Source: Candidatus Eiseniibacteriota bacterium (lineage in GTDB: Bacteria; Eisenbacteria; RBG-16-71-46; CAIMUX01; VGJL01). From it: a stretch of DNA of 26,536 nucleotides. Location of the stretch: NCBI GenBank assembly GCA_014729455.1, contig WJJW01000284.1:1-26536 (forward strand), in the 5' to 3' direction. A program made the position numbers and the translations under genes. The notes below the pieces were generated by a model, which saw only the letters and a list, made by a program, of their open reading frames with translations, did no database searches and was not told the origin of the DNA. Shown here in pieces: positions 1-9,270 of this stretch. Within the stretch, counting starts at the first letter, position 1, and the number at the start of each line of letters is the position of its first letter.

Positions 1-1790
1 ATCCTGCGCTCGTCGATCTTCCCGTCCGGCCCGGGGGTCTCCTCCTCCCCTTCTCCGGCCGTCGTGAAGAGGTCGAGCCCGAGGATCTCGAGGAACGTGT
101 TCTCGCCGATCCGGTCCGGCGTCGTGATCCCGCCGTACACCCCGCGGTAGCGGATCCGGACGTCGAGCCCCTCCGCCGAGAGGTTGCTCCCCAGATCGTA
201 GATGTTGCGCAGCTCGAGGTGCCGGGTCGCGGAGAAGACGCCTTCGCGCAGATCGAGCGGGTTCGTCCCGCCCATCTCCGCCGCGGGACGGATCAGCTTG
301 AGGACGAGCGTGTCGGGTTGCGTCCCGAGGAAGCCGCCGATCTGCCGGGGCGTTCCCTGCACGTCCTGGTAGTCGTACCGGACGGCGAGCGCCTTCGTCA
401 TCTGGCCGTCGAGGACCTGACGGTCGCTGAGGATCAGGACCGGGTACCCCGTGTAGACGTCGGTCTGGACGATGTAGTCCTCATTGGCGACGAGCTGATT
501 GAAGTCGCCCGTGGCCTGCAGCGAGTCGGGCGGAAGGTCGTCCCGGTCCCCCTCCAGCGTGACGATGGCCGGGATCGTGAGCTGATCGTTGTTGTTGGCC
601 CCGTCTCGGTCGTCGACCCAGACCTCGACGCTGGCGACGTCGAGCTCGTTGATCGGCGAGCCGTTCGGGTCGGTCAGGAAGAAGAACTTCCCGCCGCGAT
701 ACCGCCAGTCCGGGATCTCGATCGTCCGCAGCTCCGCTCCCTTGGTGATCGACTTGGTCTCGTTCTTCCCCTCCTGCTTGCTGAGGATCCCGACGACCTC
801 CACGTCGCCCACGAGCGCCTGGGCGTTGATCCCGAAGAGCCCCTCGTGCCGGCCGCTGTAGGAGACGTACTGCGTACCCGGCAGCCGGAGGCTCGTGTTC
901 CCGAGCTCGACCCTCTGGAGGATCTCGTCCTCGTATCCGGTGTAGTGGATCTGGATCCGGTTCGCGAGAGGGGTGGAGGCCTGGCTCGATTGGTCCACGT
1001 CCACGGAGACCTTGTCCCCGATGTTCCCGGTCAGCTTCAGATTCAGCTCCTGCTTCATGTCGAGCTGGGGGAATTTCGACTGCTGGCGCTGGAACTCGGT
1101 CACGGGACGATCCGGGTACCACCGGCTGGTTCCGCTGAACGAGATCCGCTCGCTTCCGGTCACCTGGAGATTCGGTTTGCCGGAGCCGACGATGCTGCGG
1201 ATCGCCCCCGGCATCTCGACCGGGAGCGCCAGCTTCGGCAGCACCCCTTCCCGCGCCCCCCCCTCCTCGATCGTGAGCAGGGTCCGCTCCGCCTCCTCCA
1301 CCCAGAGCTTGCGGAAGCTCCGCCGGGTGAGACGCTCGAGGTAGATCTCCTGCGGCACCTCCGGGATCGGGTGGACCGGGGTCCCCTGGTAGACCATCCC
1401 GGGCTCGATGAGGGCCGAGTCGATCGACGCCAGGACCTGCGGCTCGGCGTAGCGGCGCCCGGGCTCCGGAAGGGTCGCCGGCGGAATCAGCCCCAGGGCG
1501 AGGCTGTCCTGGAGATAGAGGAAGTCCTCGTACCGGCTGGAAATGAGCCCCAGGGAGTCCTCGGCGGCCCGGAACGGCTCCGGGAGGAATCCCCCGTCCC
1601 GGGGAACGGCCCGGGCGCGGTAGCGGAGGACCATGCGGTAGAGGAACAGCCCGTCGTCCGGCGCCCCCTCCGGAGCGTACTCCCAGAGCCCGTAAAACGG
1701 CTCCGTCTCCTCGTCCGCGATCAGCGAAGCGGGAAGACAGAGCCCCAGCAAGAGGAAGATCTTGATCAGCCGGGACTTGCAGAAGGACAC
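1..1790 (-). CDS. sprA: SprA/Sov-like T9SS outer-membrane translocon, N-terminal part only (3' end runs off the window)
   Basis: Not in the ORF track; translated by hand in register with the antisense ORF 219..1931. Open from GTG at 1790 to the edge. Signal-peptide-like start MSFCKSRLIKIFLLLGLCLPASLIA, then SprA-like blocks NLQVTGSERISFSG, FPQLDMKQELNLKLTGNIGDKVSVDVDQ, YTGYEDEILQRVELGNTSLRLP..GLFGI, LELRNIYDLG, ILGLD..PDGKID. Start codon tentative. Confidence 0.85.
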   Translation of the reverse strand, partial: MSFCKSRLIKIFLLLGLCLPASLIADEETEPFYGLWEYAPEGAPDDGLFLYRMVLRYRARAVPRDGGFLPEPFRAAEDSLGLISSRYEDFLYLQDSLALGLIPPATLPEPGRRYAEPQVLASIDSALIEPGMVYQGTPVHPIPEVPQEIYLERLTRRSFRKLWVEEAERTLLTIEEGGAREGVLPKLALPVEMPGAIRSIVGSGKPNLQVTGSERISFSGTSRWYPDRPVTEFQRQQSKFPQLDMKQELNLKLTGNIGDKVSVDVDQSSQASTPLANRIQIHYTGYEDEILQRVELGNTSLRLPGTQYVSYSGRHEGLFGINAQALVGDVEVVGILSKQEGKNETKSITKGAELRTIEIPDWRYRGGKFFFLTDPNGSPINELDVASVEVWVDDRDGANNNDQLTIPAIVTLEGDRDDLPPDSLQATGDFNQLVANEDYIVQTDVYTGYPVLILSDRQVLDGQMTKALAVRYDYQDVQGTPRQIGGFLGTQPDTLVLKLIRPAAEMGGTNPLDLREGVFSATRHLELRNIYDLGSNLSAEGLDVRIRYRGVYGGITTPDRIGENTFLEILGLDLFTTAGEGEEETPGPDGKIDERR

Positions 1791-1927
1791 GAATCGCTCA
1801 TCATTGTGTTGGATGCTGGGTTCGGGCTCCTCCCGAGACCCTCTCTGGCGGTATATACTCCGGCCTTTGCTGCCGGGTCCCCGGGGCCTGGAGGCGAAGC
1901 ACGAGCCAATTGCACACGGAGGTCTGG

Positions 1928-3340
1928 GTGACGTCAAGACGGCTGGTCCCCTGGGGAATCCTTCCCCGGTATCTCGCGCGCCAGCTCTTCCGGCCGTTTC
2001 TGATCGGGTTCTGCGTGGTCACCTTCCTGCTGAGCCTCGACTTCCTCCTCGACTACCTCGACCTGTTCCTCGGCAAGGGGATCCCGTTTCCGACCGTCGC
2101 CCGCCTCTTCGTCCTCGGCCTCGGATGGATGGTCGCCCTCTCCGTCCCCTGCGGGGTCCTGGTGGCCATTCTGATGTCCTTCGGCCAAATGAGCCAGGAC
2201 AATGAAATCACCGCCCTCCGGGCGAGCGGGGTCAACCCGTTCCACACGATGCTGCCCGCCTTGTTCCTCTCCGTCCTGGCGGCCGTCGGACTGACCCTCT
2301 TCAACAACTACGCGCTGCCCGAGACGAACTACGCCTTCGCCAATCTGGTCGCCCAGATCCACCGGATCCGCCCGACCGCGCAGATCCAAGAAGGGGTCTT
2401 CGTCGACGATTATGCCGGCTACGACCTGTTCATCCGCCGGCTGGACGACCGGACCGGCGAGATGCGAGGCATCCTGATCATCGACGCCTCCGAGAACCGG
2501 AAGTCGCCCCGCACCATCCTCGCCCGCAGCGGCCGCCTGCGCTACCTTTCCGGCCAGAACGCGATCTCGATGAGGCTGGTCGACGGGGAGATCCACGAGG
2601 CCGATCCGGGGGCCGCGGACGGACGGTACCGGATCCTCGAGTTCGAGGAGCAGACCATGGTCCTCGAGGGATCCGGCAACGCCCTCGACCGGGCGATCCA
2701 CCGCAGCCGGGGGCAGCGGGAGATGTCGGTCTCCGACATGAAGGCGAAGATCACCGCGCTGGAGGACGAGCTGCGCGACTTCCAGGCCCAGGTGGACAGC
2801 TCGCTGGCCTCCCTCGGCGTCCAGGATCCGGCGGAGATCCCGTCGCTGGCGGCGGAGAGGGACCGGCCCTCCGGGCTGCGCGGCCTGGTCGCGTGGGTCC
2901 GCGGCCTCTTCGGCAGCGATCCGGAACCGACCCCCGAACCGGCGGAGGTCGACTTCGACCGGCGGCGGAAGATCGAGGAGCTCCGCGTCCGGCTCGTCCA
3001 GACCGAGAGCGTCACGAAGCGGATCGACCAGTACCGCGTCGAGATCCAGAAGAAGTTCTCGATCCCCTTCGCCTGCATCGTTTTCGTCCTGGTCGGCGCC
3101 CCGCTCGGGATGAAGGCGCGACGCGGAGGGGTCACGATCGGGTTCCTATCCGTCGCCTTCTTCCTCTTCTACTACCTCTGCCTGATCGGGGGCGAGCAGC
3201 TCGCCGACCGGGGACACGTCGCCCCTTGGATCGCGATGTGGCTGCCGAACCTGATCCTCGGAGTCGCGGGCGCCGCCCTGACCTACCGGCTCGGCACCTC
3301 GGGATTCAGCATCGCCAGCCGGCGGAAGGCGAAGGCATGA
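1928..3340 (+). CDS. lptF: LptF/LptG-family LPS export ABC permease (LptF-like), long form
   Basis: ILPRYLARQLFRPF start, three N-terminal TM helices, ALRASGVNP motif, periplasmic region, EIQKKFSIPFACIVFVLVGAPLG and three C-terminal TM helices. GTG at 1928 preferred over TTG at 1910 because GGAGGT lies at 1918-1923. Confidence 0.9.
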   Translation: MTSRRLVPWGILPRYLARQLFRPFLIGFCVVTFLLSLDFLLDYLDLFLGKGIPFPTVARLFVLGLGWMVALSVPCGVLVAILMSFGQMSQDNEITALRASGVNPFHTMLPALFLSVLAAVGLTLFNNYALPETNYAFANLVAQIHRIRPTAQIQEGVFVDDYAGYDLFIRRLDDRTGEMRGILIIDASENRKSPRTILARSGRLRYLSGQNAISMRLVDGEIHEADPGAADGRYRILEFEEQTMVLEGSGNALDRAIHRSRGQREMSVSDMKAKITALEDELRDFQAQVDSSLASLGVQDPAEIPSLAAERDRPSGLRGLVAWVRGLFGSDPEPTPEPAEVDFDRRRKIEELRVRLVQTESVTKRIDQYRVEIQKKFSIPFACIVFVLVGAPLGMKARRGGVTIGFLSVAFFLFYYLCLIGGEQLADRGHVAPWIAMWLPNLILGVAGAALTYRLGTSGFSIASRRKAKA

Positions 3341-4416
3341 GACGGCTCGACCGCTACGTGCTGCGGGACTTCCTCCTGTACTGCCTCATGGGGATCCTCC
3401 TGTTCGTCGGGATCTACCTCATCGTCGACGTCTTCGAGAAGATCGACAAGTTCGTGGACAACGAGGCGGCCGTCGCCACCGTGGTGCGCTACTACCTCTG
3501 GAGCCTGCCGACGATCCTGATCCAGGTCTGTCCGCTCGCGCTCCTCCTCGCCTCGATCCTCTCGCTCGGCCAGCTCCGCCGGTTCAACGAGCTGACCGCG
3601 ATGCAGGGGGCGGGCGTCTCGCCGGTGCGGATCGCCCTGCCGCTCCTGATCGGCGCGCTTCTGATCTCCGCCGCCGCGTACGGGGTCGGCGAGCTGCTCG
3701 TCCCCGGCTCGTACCGGGCCCAGCAGCGGATCATGAAGGTGGAGATCAAGGGTCAAGAGCCGGAGGAGTTCGCGGGACGGCTGAACATCCGCTATCTCGG
3801 CCAGGGCGGGAACTTCTACATGGTGGAGTACTTCGACGGGGCGACCGGCTCGCTGCGCAACGTCTCCGTGCAGGAGCTGGCGGGCAAGGAGATCCTCCGC
3901 CGGATCGACGCGGCGGCGGGCCGATTCGAACGGGACGTCTGGCTCTTCGAGAACGGACATCTGCGGATGTTCCGCGACAGCGTCGAGACCGCGATCCGCT
4001 TCGAGCGGTTCGCCACCTCGAGGCTGCGCGAGATCCCCTCCGATTTCACCCAGCCGAAGGAGGATCCGTTCCGGATGAGCATGGCCGATCTCGCCCGCTA
4101 CGCCGAGCGGGTGCGGGAGAGCGGAGGCCGGGACATGAAGCTGAGAACCGACTACCACCTCCGGGCCTCGTTCCCCCTGTCGAACCTGATCATGGTGCTG
4201 CTGGGAGCGAGCCTCTCGCTGCGGATCGTCCGCGGCGGAAACGTGGCCGTCGGGATCGGGGTCACGATCTTCATCGGCTTCGCCTACTACGCCTGCCTGC
4301 GGGCGGGGCAGGCCCTCGGCTACAGCGGCACGATCCCTCCGATCCTCGCCGCCTGGATCGGCAATCTCCTCTTCGGAGCGCTCGGATCCGTGTTCTTCTG
4401 GAAGGTGACGCGCTAG
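3337..4416 (+). CDS. lptG: LptF/LptG-family LPS export ABC permease (LptG-like), 359 aa
   Basis: MRRLDRYVLRDF start, NELTAMQGAGVSPVR, LRASFPLSNLIMVLLG, AAWIGNLLF. ATG at 3337 overlaps the lptF stop (ATGA). The ORF-track extension to 2893 is in-frame junk. Confidence 0.92.
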   Translation: MRRLDRYVLRDFLLYCLMGILLFVGIYLIVDVFEKIDKFVDNEAAVATVVRYYLWSLPTILIQVCPLALLLASILSLGQLRRFNELTAMQGAGVSPVRIALPLLIGALLISAAAYGVGELLVPGSYRAQQRIMKVEIKGQEPEEFAGRLNIRYLGQGGNFYMVEYFDGATGSLRNVSVQELAGKEILRRIDAAAGRFERDVWLFENGHLRMFRDSVETAIRFERFATSRLREIPSDFTQPKEDPFRMSMADLARYAERVRESGGRDMKLRTDYHLRASFPLSNLIMVLLGASLSLRIVRGGNVAVGIGVTIFIGFAYYACLRAGQALGYSGTIPPILAAWIGNLLFGALGSVFFWKVTR

Positions 4417-4420
4417 GAGA

Positions 4421-4437
4421 CCCGGACGTGCGCCGGG
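4421..4437. terminator. Short GC hairpin between convergent lptG and accC, possibly a terminator
   Basis: CCCGG-acgtgcg-CCGGG in the 28-nt gap between the convergent stops; no U-tract on either side. Confidence 0.2.
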
Positions 4438-4444
4438 CCTGTAG

Positions 4445-5824
4445 CTACACGGCCCCGCGGGTCTCCGGAGGCACCTCCCGCGCCGCCTGGTACCGATCCA
4501 GGAAGCCGGTATCGTAGCGTCCCCCGCGAAAGTCGAGGTGGGAGAAGACCTCGAGGTGGAACGGGATCGTCGTCGCCACCCCGTCCACGCGGGCTTCCTG
4601 GAGGGCCCGTTGCATCCGGTGCAGCGCCTCATCCCGGTCGCGGCCGTGGACGATCAGCTTCGCGACCATGGAGTCATAATGGGGGGAGATCACCGAGCCG
4701 GCAACGATGTGGCTGTCGATCCGAACGCCCGGCCCTCCGGAAAGATGGAAGTACGAGACCTCCCCGGGCGAGGGACGGAATCCCTTCTGGGGATCCTCCG
4801 CGTTGATCCGGCACTCGATCGAGTGCCCCGTGAAGCGGACCTCATCCTGCTTGATCGGGAGCTTCTCGCCGGCGGCGATCTCGATCTGGAGCTTGACGAG
4901 ATCGATCCCCGTGACCAGCTCGGTGACGGGATGCTCGACCTGGAGCCGGGTGTTCATCTCCATGAAGTAGAACTCGCCGGTCTTCTCCTCGAAGAGGAAC
5001 TCGATCGTCCCCAGGCTGTGATAGCCGATCCGCTTCGCCCCCTGCGCGGCGGCCTGTCCCATCCGCTTGCGGATCGAGGGGTTCAGAGCCGGGCTCGGCG
5101 CTTCCTCGATCAGCTTCTGGTGCCGACGCTGGATCGAGCAGTCGCGCTCGCCCAGGTGGATCACGTGACCGTGCCGATCGGCGACGACCTGGATCTCGAT
5201 GTGACGGGGCTGCTGGAGGAATCGCTCCATGTAGAGGGCACCGCTGTTGAAGGCGGCTTCCGCCTCCGCCTGGGCCATCGCGTAGAGCCGCTCGAGATCC
5301 TCGGGGCGGTGGACGACCCGCATCCCCTTCCCGCCACCGCCGTCCTTCGCCTTGACGATGACCGGATACCCGATCTCCTGCGCGGTCTTCTCCGCCTCCT
5401 TGACGTCCTTCAGAACGCCCGCGCTCCCCTTGAGGATCGGAACCCCCGCCTTGCGCATCTTCGCCCGCGCGACCGCCTTGTCCCCCATCTCGCGGATCGC
5501 GCGTGAGGGCGGGCCGATGAAGACGAGCCCGCTCGACTCGCAGGCTTCGGCGAACTGGGCGTTCTCGGCGAGGAACCCGTAGCCGGGATGGATCGCGTCG
5601 ACGTTGGTGATCTGCGCCGCCGACATGATCCGCGGGATGTTCAGGTAGCTGTCCCGGCTCCGGGGCGGCCCGATGCAGACCGACTCGTCGGCGGTCTCGA
5701 CCGGGAGGCTGTCGGCGTCCGCCTCGGAGTAGACGGCCACCGTCGCGATCCCGAGCTCCCGACAGGCGCGGATGATCCGGAGAGCGATCTCCCCCCGGTT
5801 GGCGATGAGGACCTTGCGGATCAT
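4445..5824 (-). CDS. accC: Acetyl-CoA carboxylase biotin carboxylase subunit, 459 aa
   Basis: [71 protein letters not shown]. Start trimmed from 5935 to ATG at 5824. Confidence 0.97.
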   Translation of the reverse strand: MIRKVLIANRGEIALRIIRACRELGIATVAVYSEADADSLPVETADESVCIGPPRSRDSYLNIPRIMSAAQITNVDAIHPGYGFLAENAQFAEACESSGLVFIGPPSRAIREMGDKAVARAKMRKAGVPILKGSAGVLKDVKEAEKTAQEIGYPVIVKAKDGGGGKGMRVVHRPEDLERLYAMAQAEAEAAFNSGALYMERFLQQPRHIEIQVVADRHGHVIHLGERDCSIQRRHQKLIEEAPSPALNPSIRKRMGQAAAQGAKRIGYHSLGTIEFLFEEKTGEFYFMEMNTRLQVEHPVTELVTGIDLVKLQIEIAAGEKLPIKQDEVRFTGHSIECRINAEDPQKGFRPSPGEVSYFHLSGGPGVRIDSHIVAGSVISPHYDSMVAKLIVHGRDRDEALHRMQRALQEARVDGVATTIPFHLEVFSHLDFRGGRYDTGFLDRYQAAREVPPETRGAV

Positions 5825-5832
5825 CGGGCGGC

Positions 5833-7020
5833 TCAGTACCGCACCATCCCGGGCGGGGTCTGGTCGCCGGGCCGGGCCTCTTCGGAGCCCTCGGCCCCCT
5901 CTTCCGCGCCTTCCCCGGTCTCGAAGATCGCCCACTTCGCGTCGCTCGACGACTGGATCCCGCGAACCCGAAGCTCGAACTCGGTCGGGCTCGTCGAGGC
6001 GGCCACCGCCTCCTCCAGCGTGATGAGGCCGCGCCGGTACAGCTTCATCAGAGACTGATCGAACGTCTGCATCCCGTACTGGGTGACCCCCTCATGGATC
6101 ACCTGCTTGATCAGCATCGTCTTCTCCGGGTCGAGGAGGTACTCCTGGATCGTCGGCGTCGTGACCATCACCTCGACCGCCGGGACGCGCCCGACCCCGT
6201 CCGAGCGGGGGATCAGCCGCTGGCTGATCACCGCCTGGAGCGTGCTCGAGAGGAGATAGCGCACCTCGTCGTGCTGGTGCGGCGGGTAGAAGGAGATGAT
6301 CCGGTTGACGGTCTGGGCGGCGTCGATGGTGTGGAGCGTGGAGAGGACCAGGTGGCCGGTGTCGGCGGCCATCAGCGCGACCGACATCGTGTCCCGATCC
6401 CGGATCTCCCCGAGCAGGATGACGTCGGGATCCTGCCGGAGAATGTGCTTCAGCGCGTGCGAGAACGTCTCGGTGTCGAGTCCGACCTCCCGCTGGCTGA
6501 TCATGCTCTTGTCGTCCCGATGGATGAACTCGATCGGATCCTCGATCGTGATGATGTTCCGCGGGTGGGTCCGGTTGATCGAGTCGATCATCGCCGCGAG
6601 GGTGGTCGACTTGCCGCTGCCGACGGTCCCGGTCACGAGCACGAGTCCGCGGGGCCGGAGCGCGAGCTGCTCGACGACCGGCGGGAGGTTCAGGTCCTCG
6701 ATCGCCGGGACCCCGAGCGGCACGTGCCGGATCGCCATCGCGATCGTCCCCCGCTGATAGTAGAAGTTGGACCGGAACCGGGCGAACCCCTGGACGCCGA
6801 ACGCGAAATCGATCTCGCGATCCCGGAGGAATTCCTCTTTCTGCTCCGCGGTCAGGATCCGGTCCAGCTCCCGTTCCATATCTTTCGTGGTGACCGGCGG
6901 GTGGTCGTCCAGCCCGACCAGCTCCCCGTCGACCCGCAAGGTCGGCCGGGTGCCGACCTTCAGATGGAGGTCCGATGCGCGGCGCTCGATCATCGCTTCG
7001 AGGATCTTGCGGAGTTCCAT
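5833..7020 (-). CDS. pilT: PilT/PilU-family type IV pilus ATPase
   Basis: ASDLHLKVG, Walker [55 protein letters not shown] at 7020 follows GAGGTG; GTG at 7026 is an alternative. The canonical PilT AIRNLIRE helix is not conserved, so PilT versus PilU is unresolved. Confidence 0.92.
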   Translation of the reverse strand: MELRKILEAMIERRASDLHLKVGTRPTLRVDGELVGLDDHPPVTTKDMERELDRILTAEQKEEFLRDREIDFAFGVQGFARFRSNFYYQRGTIAMAIRHVPLGVPAIEDLNLPPVVEQLALRPRGLVLVTGTVGSGKSTTLAAMIDSINRTHPRNIITIEDPIEFIHRDDKSMISQREVGLDTETFSHALKHILRQDPDVILLGEIRDRDTMSVALMAADTGHLVLSTLHTIDAAQTVNRIISFYPPHQHDEVRYLLSSTLQAVISQRLIPRSDGVGRVPAVEVMVTTPTIQEYLLDPEKTMLIKQVIHEGVTQYGMQTFDQSLMKLYRRGLITLEEAVAASTSPTEFELRVRGIQSSSDAKWAIFETGEGAEEGAEGSEEARPGDQTPPGMVRY

Positions 7021-7030
7021 TCCCACCTCG

Positions 7031-7543
7031 CTAGTCGGGCTTCACCAGAAACAGCGCCTGGTTGAACTCGACCGGTTGTCCGTTCTCGATCAGGATCCGC
7101 TCGACCGTTCCCCGAACCTCCGATTCGATCTCGTTCATCAGCTTCATCGCTTCGACGATGCAGACGACCTGCCCCACCTCGACCCTCTGGTTCACCTCGA
7201 CGTACGGAGGGGAGGTCGGGGACGGGGCCCGGTAGAACGTGCCGACCATCGGCGAGTTGATCGCGACCAGCCCCTCCTCCCGCTCGGACGGAGCGGAGGG
7301 CTCGCCGGCGGGGACGGCGGCTGGATTCGGGGAAGCGTCGGGGGAAGGTTGCGGCGCCGGCGCGGAGGAGACCGGCGGATGCGGGGGCGGGGAAGAGAGG
7401 ACGTAGGTCCGCCCGTCGGAGCCGGACCCGTCTCCGGCCTGCTTCAGGATCCGGACCTTCGTCCAGAGCCGTCGGACCTCGAGCTCTCCGATCTCGCTCT
7501 CCTCCACCAGCTTGATCAACCGTCTGATCTCCTCGACGCGCAT
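7031..7543 (-). CDS. accB: Biotin carboxyl carrier protein of acetyl-CoA carboxylase
   Basis: IRRLIKLVEESEIGELE N-terminus, Pro/Ala/Ser linker, INSPMVGTFYRAPSP, biotinylation motif EAMKLMNEI; purine-rich SD upstream. Confidence 0.97.
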   Translation of the reverse strand: MRVEEIRRLIKLVEESEIGELEVRRLWTKVRILKQAGDGSGSDGRTYVLSSPPPHPPVSSAPAPQPSPDASPNPAAVPAGEPSAPSEREEGLVAINSPMVGTFYRAPSPTSPPYVEVNQRVEVGQVVCIVEAMKLMNEIESEVRGTVERILIENGQPVEFNQALFLVKPD

Positions 7544-7559
7544 GCCCCCTCCCTTTCCT

Positions 7560-8015
7560 CTAATCCCTCTCCGGACCGTCCGGCGCGGTGATCTCCACCA
7601 GCGCCCGGAGGCCGAGACGGTAGCCGACTTCGCCGAGGCCGGAGATCGTTCCCCGGCAGACCGGCGCGACGAGGTCCCGATGTCGGATCTCCTCCCGGGC
7701 CATCGGATTGGAGAGATGGACCTCGATCACCGGGTACGCGACCGCGGCGATGGCGTCCCGGAGCGCTACGCTCGTGTGCGTCCACCCCCCTGGATTGAGC
7801 AGGGCTCCGCGCACCCGCCCGCGCGCCCCGTGGAGTCGATCGATCATCTCCCCCTCGTGGTTCGTCTGGTGGAACTCCACCGCGACCCCCAGCCGGTCCG
7901 CCTCTTCGGTGATCGAGGCTTCCAGCTCCTCCAGGGATCGGTTGCCGTAGACCTCCGGCTCCCGGGTGCCGAGGAGGTTGAGATTCGGACCGTTGAGAAT
8001 CAGGATCGGTTTCAT
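7560..8015 (-). CDS. aroQ: Type II 3-dehydroquinate dehydratase
   Basis: LILNGPNLNLLGTREPEVYG, QTNHEGEMID, LNPGGWTHTSVALRDA, EVHLSN..RE. Confidence 0.97.
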   Translation of the reverse strand: MKPILILNGPNLNLLGTREPEVYGNRSLEELEASITEEADRLGVAVEFHQTNHEGEMIDRLHGARGRVRGALLNPGGWTHTSVALRDAIAAVAYPVIEVHLSNPMAREEIRHRDLVAPVCRGTISGLGEVGYRLGLRALVEITAPDGPERD

Positions 8016-8018
8016 CGG

Positions 8019-9104
8019 TCAGGCCAGGACGTAGGACGCCGCCTCGCGAATCGAGGCCATCGGAACACGCCGGTGGACGCTAACATCGCCTATATTCCCT
8101 GTCAACACGAAGCGGATCCCGTCCGCCCGCGTCTTCTTGTCGAAGCGGATCCAGGGCTCCACCTCCTCCCAGGTGCAGCCCCGCGCTCGGGTCGGCAGCC
8201 GGTGGCGCTCGAGAAGACGCTCCACCCGATCGCGGAGCCCCTCCGGCGCGAGCCCCATCTGGTGGGAGAGCTGGCAGGCGGCGACCAGGCCGACGGCGAC
8301 CGCCTCTCCGTGCCGGATCTCCCCGAACCCGCGGCTCGCCTCCAGGGCGTGACCGAGCGTGTGGCCCAGGTTCAGAACCTGACGCAGGCCGGCTTCCCGC
8401 TCGTCCTCCTCCACGATCCGGGCCTTGACCGCGATCGCCCGGGCGATCATCTCCTCGAGGACGGGTTCCTCTCTCCTCCAGATCGGCTCGACCCGCTCTT
8501 CCAACAACGCAAAAAGGGCCGGATCGCCGATCAGCCCGGCCTTCACGACCTCCGCCAGTCCATTGGCCAGCTCCTCGTCCGGAAGGGTGGAGAGGAACTC
8601 GGGCGCCGCCAGGACCAGCCGCGGCTGGTGGAACGCGCCCACCAGGTTCTTCGCGCCCGCATAGTCGATCCCGACCTTCCCGCCGACGCTCGAGTCGACC
8701 ATCGCCAGGAGACTGGTCGGGATCTGGATGAAGGCGACGCCGCGCAGGTAGGTCGCCGCCGCGAATCCGGCGAGATCCCCCGCCACGCCTCCGCCGAGGG
8801 CGAGAATCCAGCCGTCCCGGCGAATCTCGACCTCGAGGCAGGCGTCGTACAGACCCAGCAACGTCTCCCAACGCTTCGACTTCTCTCCCGCCGGGAACAG
8901 GGACGTCCGGGTCGCGAGCCCCCGCCGCCGGAACCCCTCCCCCACCCGGTCCGCCCAGAGCGGCCCGACCCGATCGTCGCTCACCAGCAGCCCCTGCCCT
9001 TCCGATCCGATCTCCGGCAGCTCGATCCCGTTCCACTCGCGGAGAGGAGAGAGCAGGACGCGATAGGAGCGCTCCCCCAGATCGACGGCGATCTCGCGGC
9101 TCAT
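8019..9104 (-). CDS. aroB: 3-dehydroquinate synthase
   Basis: GEKSK, ALGGGVAGDLAGFAAATYLRG, PTSLLAMVDSSVGGK, EVVKAG, LNLGHTLGHALE, HGEAVAVG, DKK; GGAGG upstream. Confidence 0.97.
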   Translation of the reverse strand: MSREIAVDLGERSYRVLLSPLREWNGIELPEIGSEGQGLLVSDDRVGPLWADRVGEGFRRRGLATRTSLFPAGEKSKRWETLLGLYDACLEVEIRRDGWILALGGGVAGDLAGFAAATYLRGVAFIQIPTSLLAMVDSSVGGKVGIDYAGAKNLVGAFHQPRLVLAAPEFLSTLPDEELANGLAEVVKAGLIGDPALFALLEERVEPIWRREEPVLEEMIARAIAVKARIVEEDEREAGLRQVLNLGHTLGHALEASRGFGEIRHGEAVAVGLVAACQLSHQMGLAPEGLRDRVERLLERHRLPTRARGCTWEEVEPWIRFDKKTRADGIRFVLTGNIGDVSVHRRVPMASIREAASYVLA

Positions 9105-9235
9105 CGAGCCTCCGGTTCAGAGGACCTGCGGTGGGGCGGCGGCAGGGCGCGGCGGATGGATCCGCTCCGGCGGACGTGCCGGAGAAGGGAGCGTGGGGGA
9201 CGACCGGGGAGGAGACACGGGGCCGCCATGTCGGG

Positions 9236-9264
9236 ACGCTAGCACCGGGGTGATCGGGAGTCCA
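9236..9264 (-). promoter_or_regulatory. Putative sigma70 promoter for the aroB-aroQ-accB-pilT-accC operon
   Basis: Minus strand TGGACT (9264-9259), 17-nt spacer, extended -10 TGc-TAGCGT (9241-9236). Confidence 0.4.
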
Positions 9265-9270
9265 GTGCCG

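Noticed and set aside
219-1931. 570-aa plus-strand ORF
   Set aside because: In-register antisense shadow of the sprA-like gene; the protein has typical shadow composition and no family motifs.
2893-3336. N-terminal extension of the lptG ORF, suggesting an LptF-LptG frameshift fusion
   Set aside because: The Arg/Pro-rich text is an alternative frame of lptF; a clean ATGA coupling at 3337-3340 explains both genes.
7512-9242. 576-aa plus-strand ORF
   Set aside because: Antisense shadow of aroQ and aroB.
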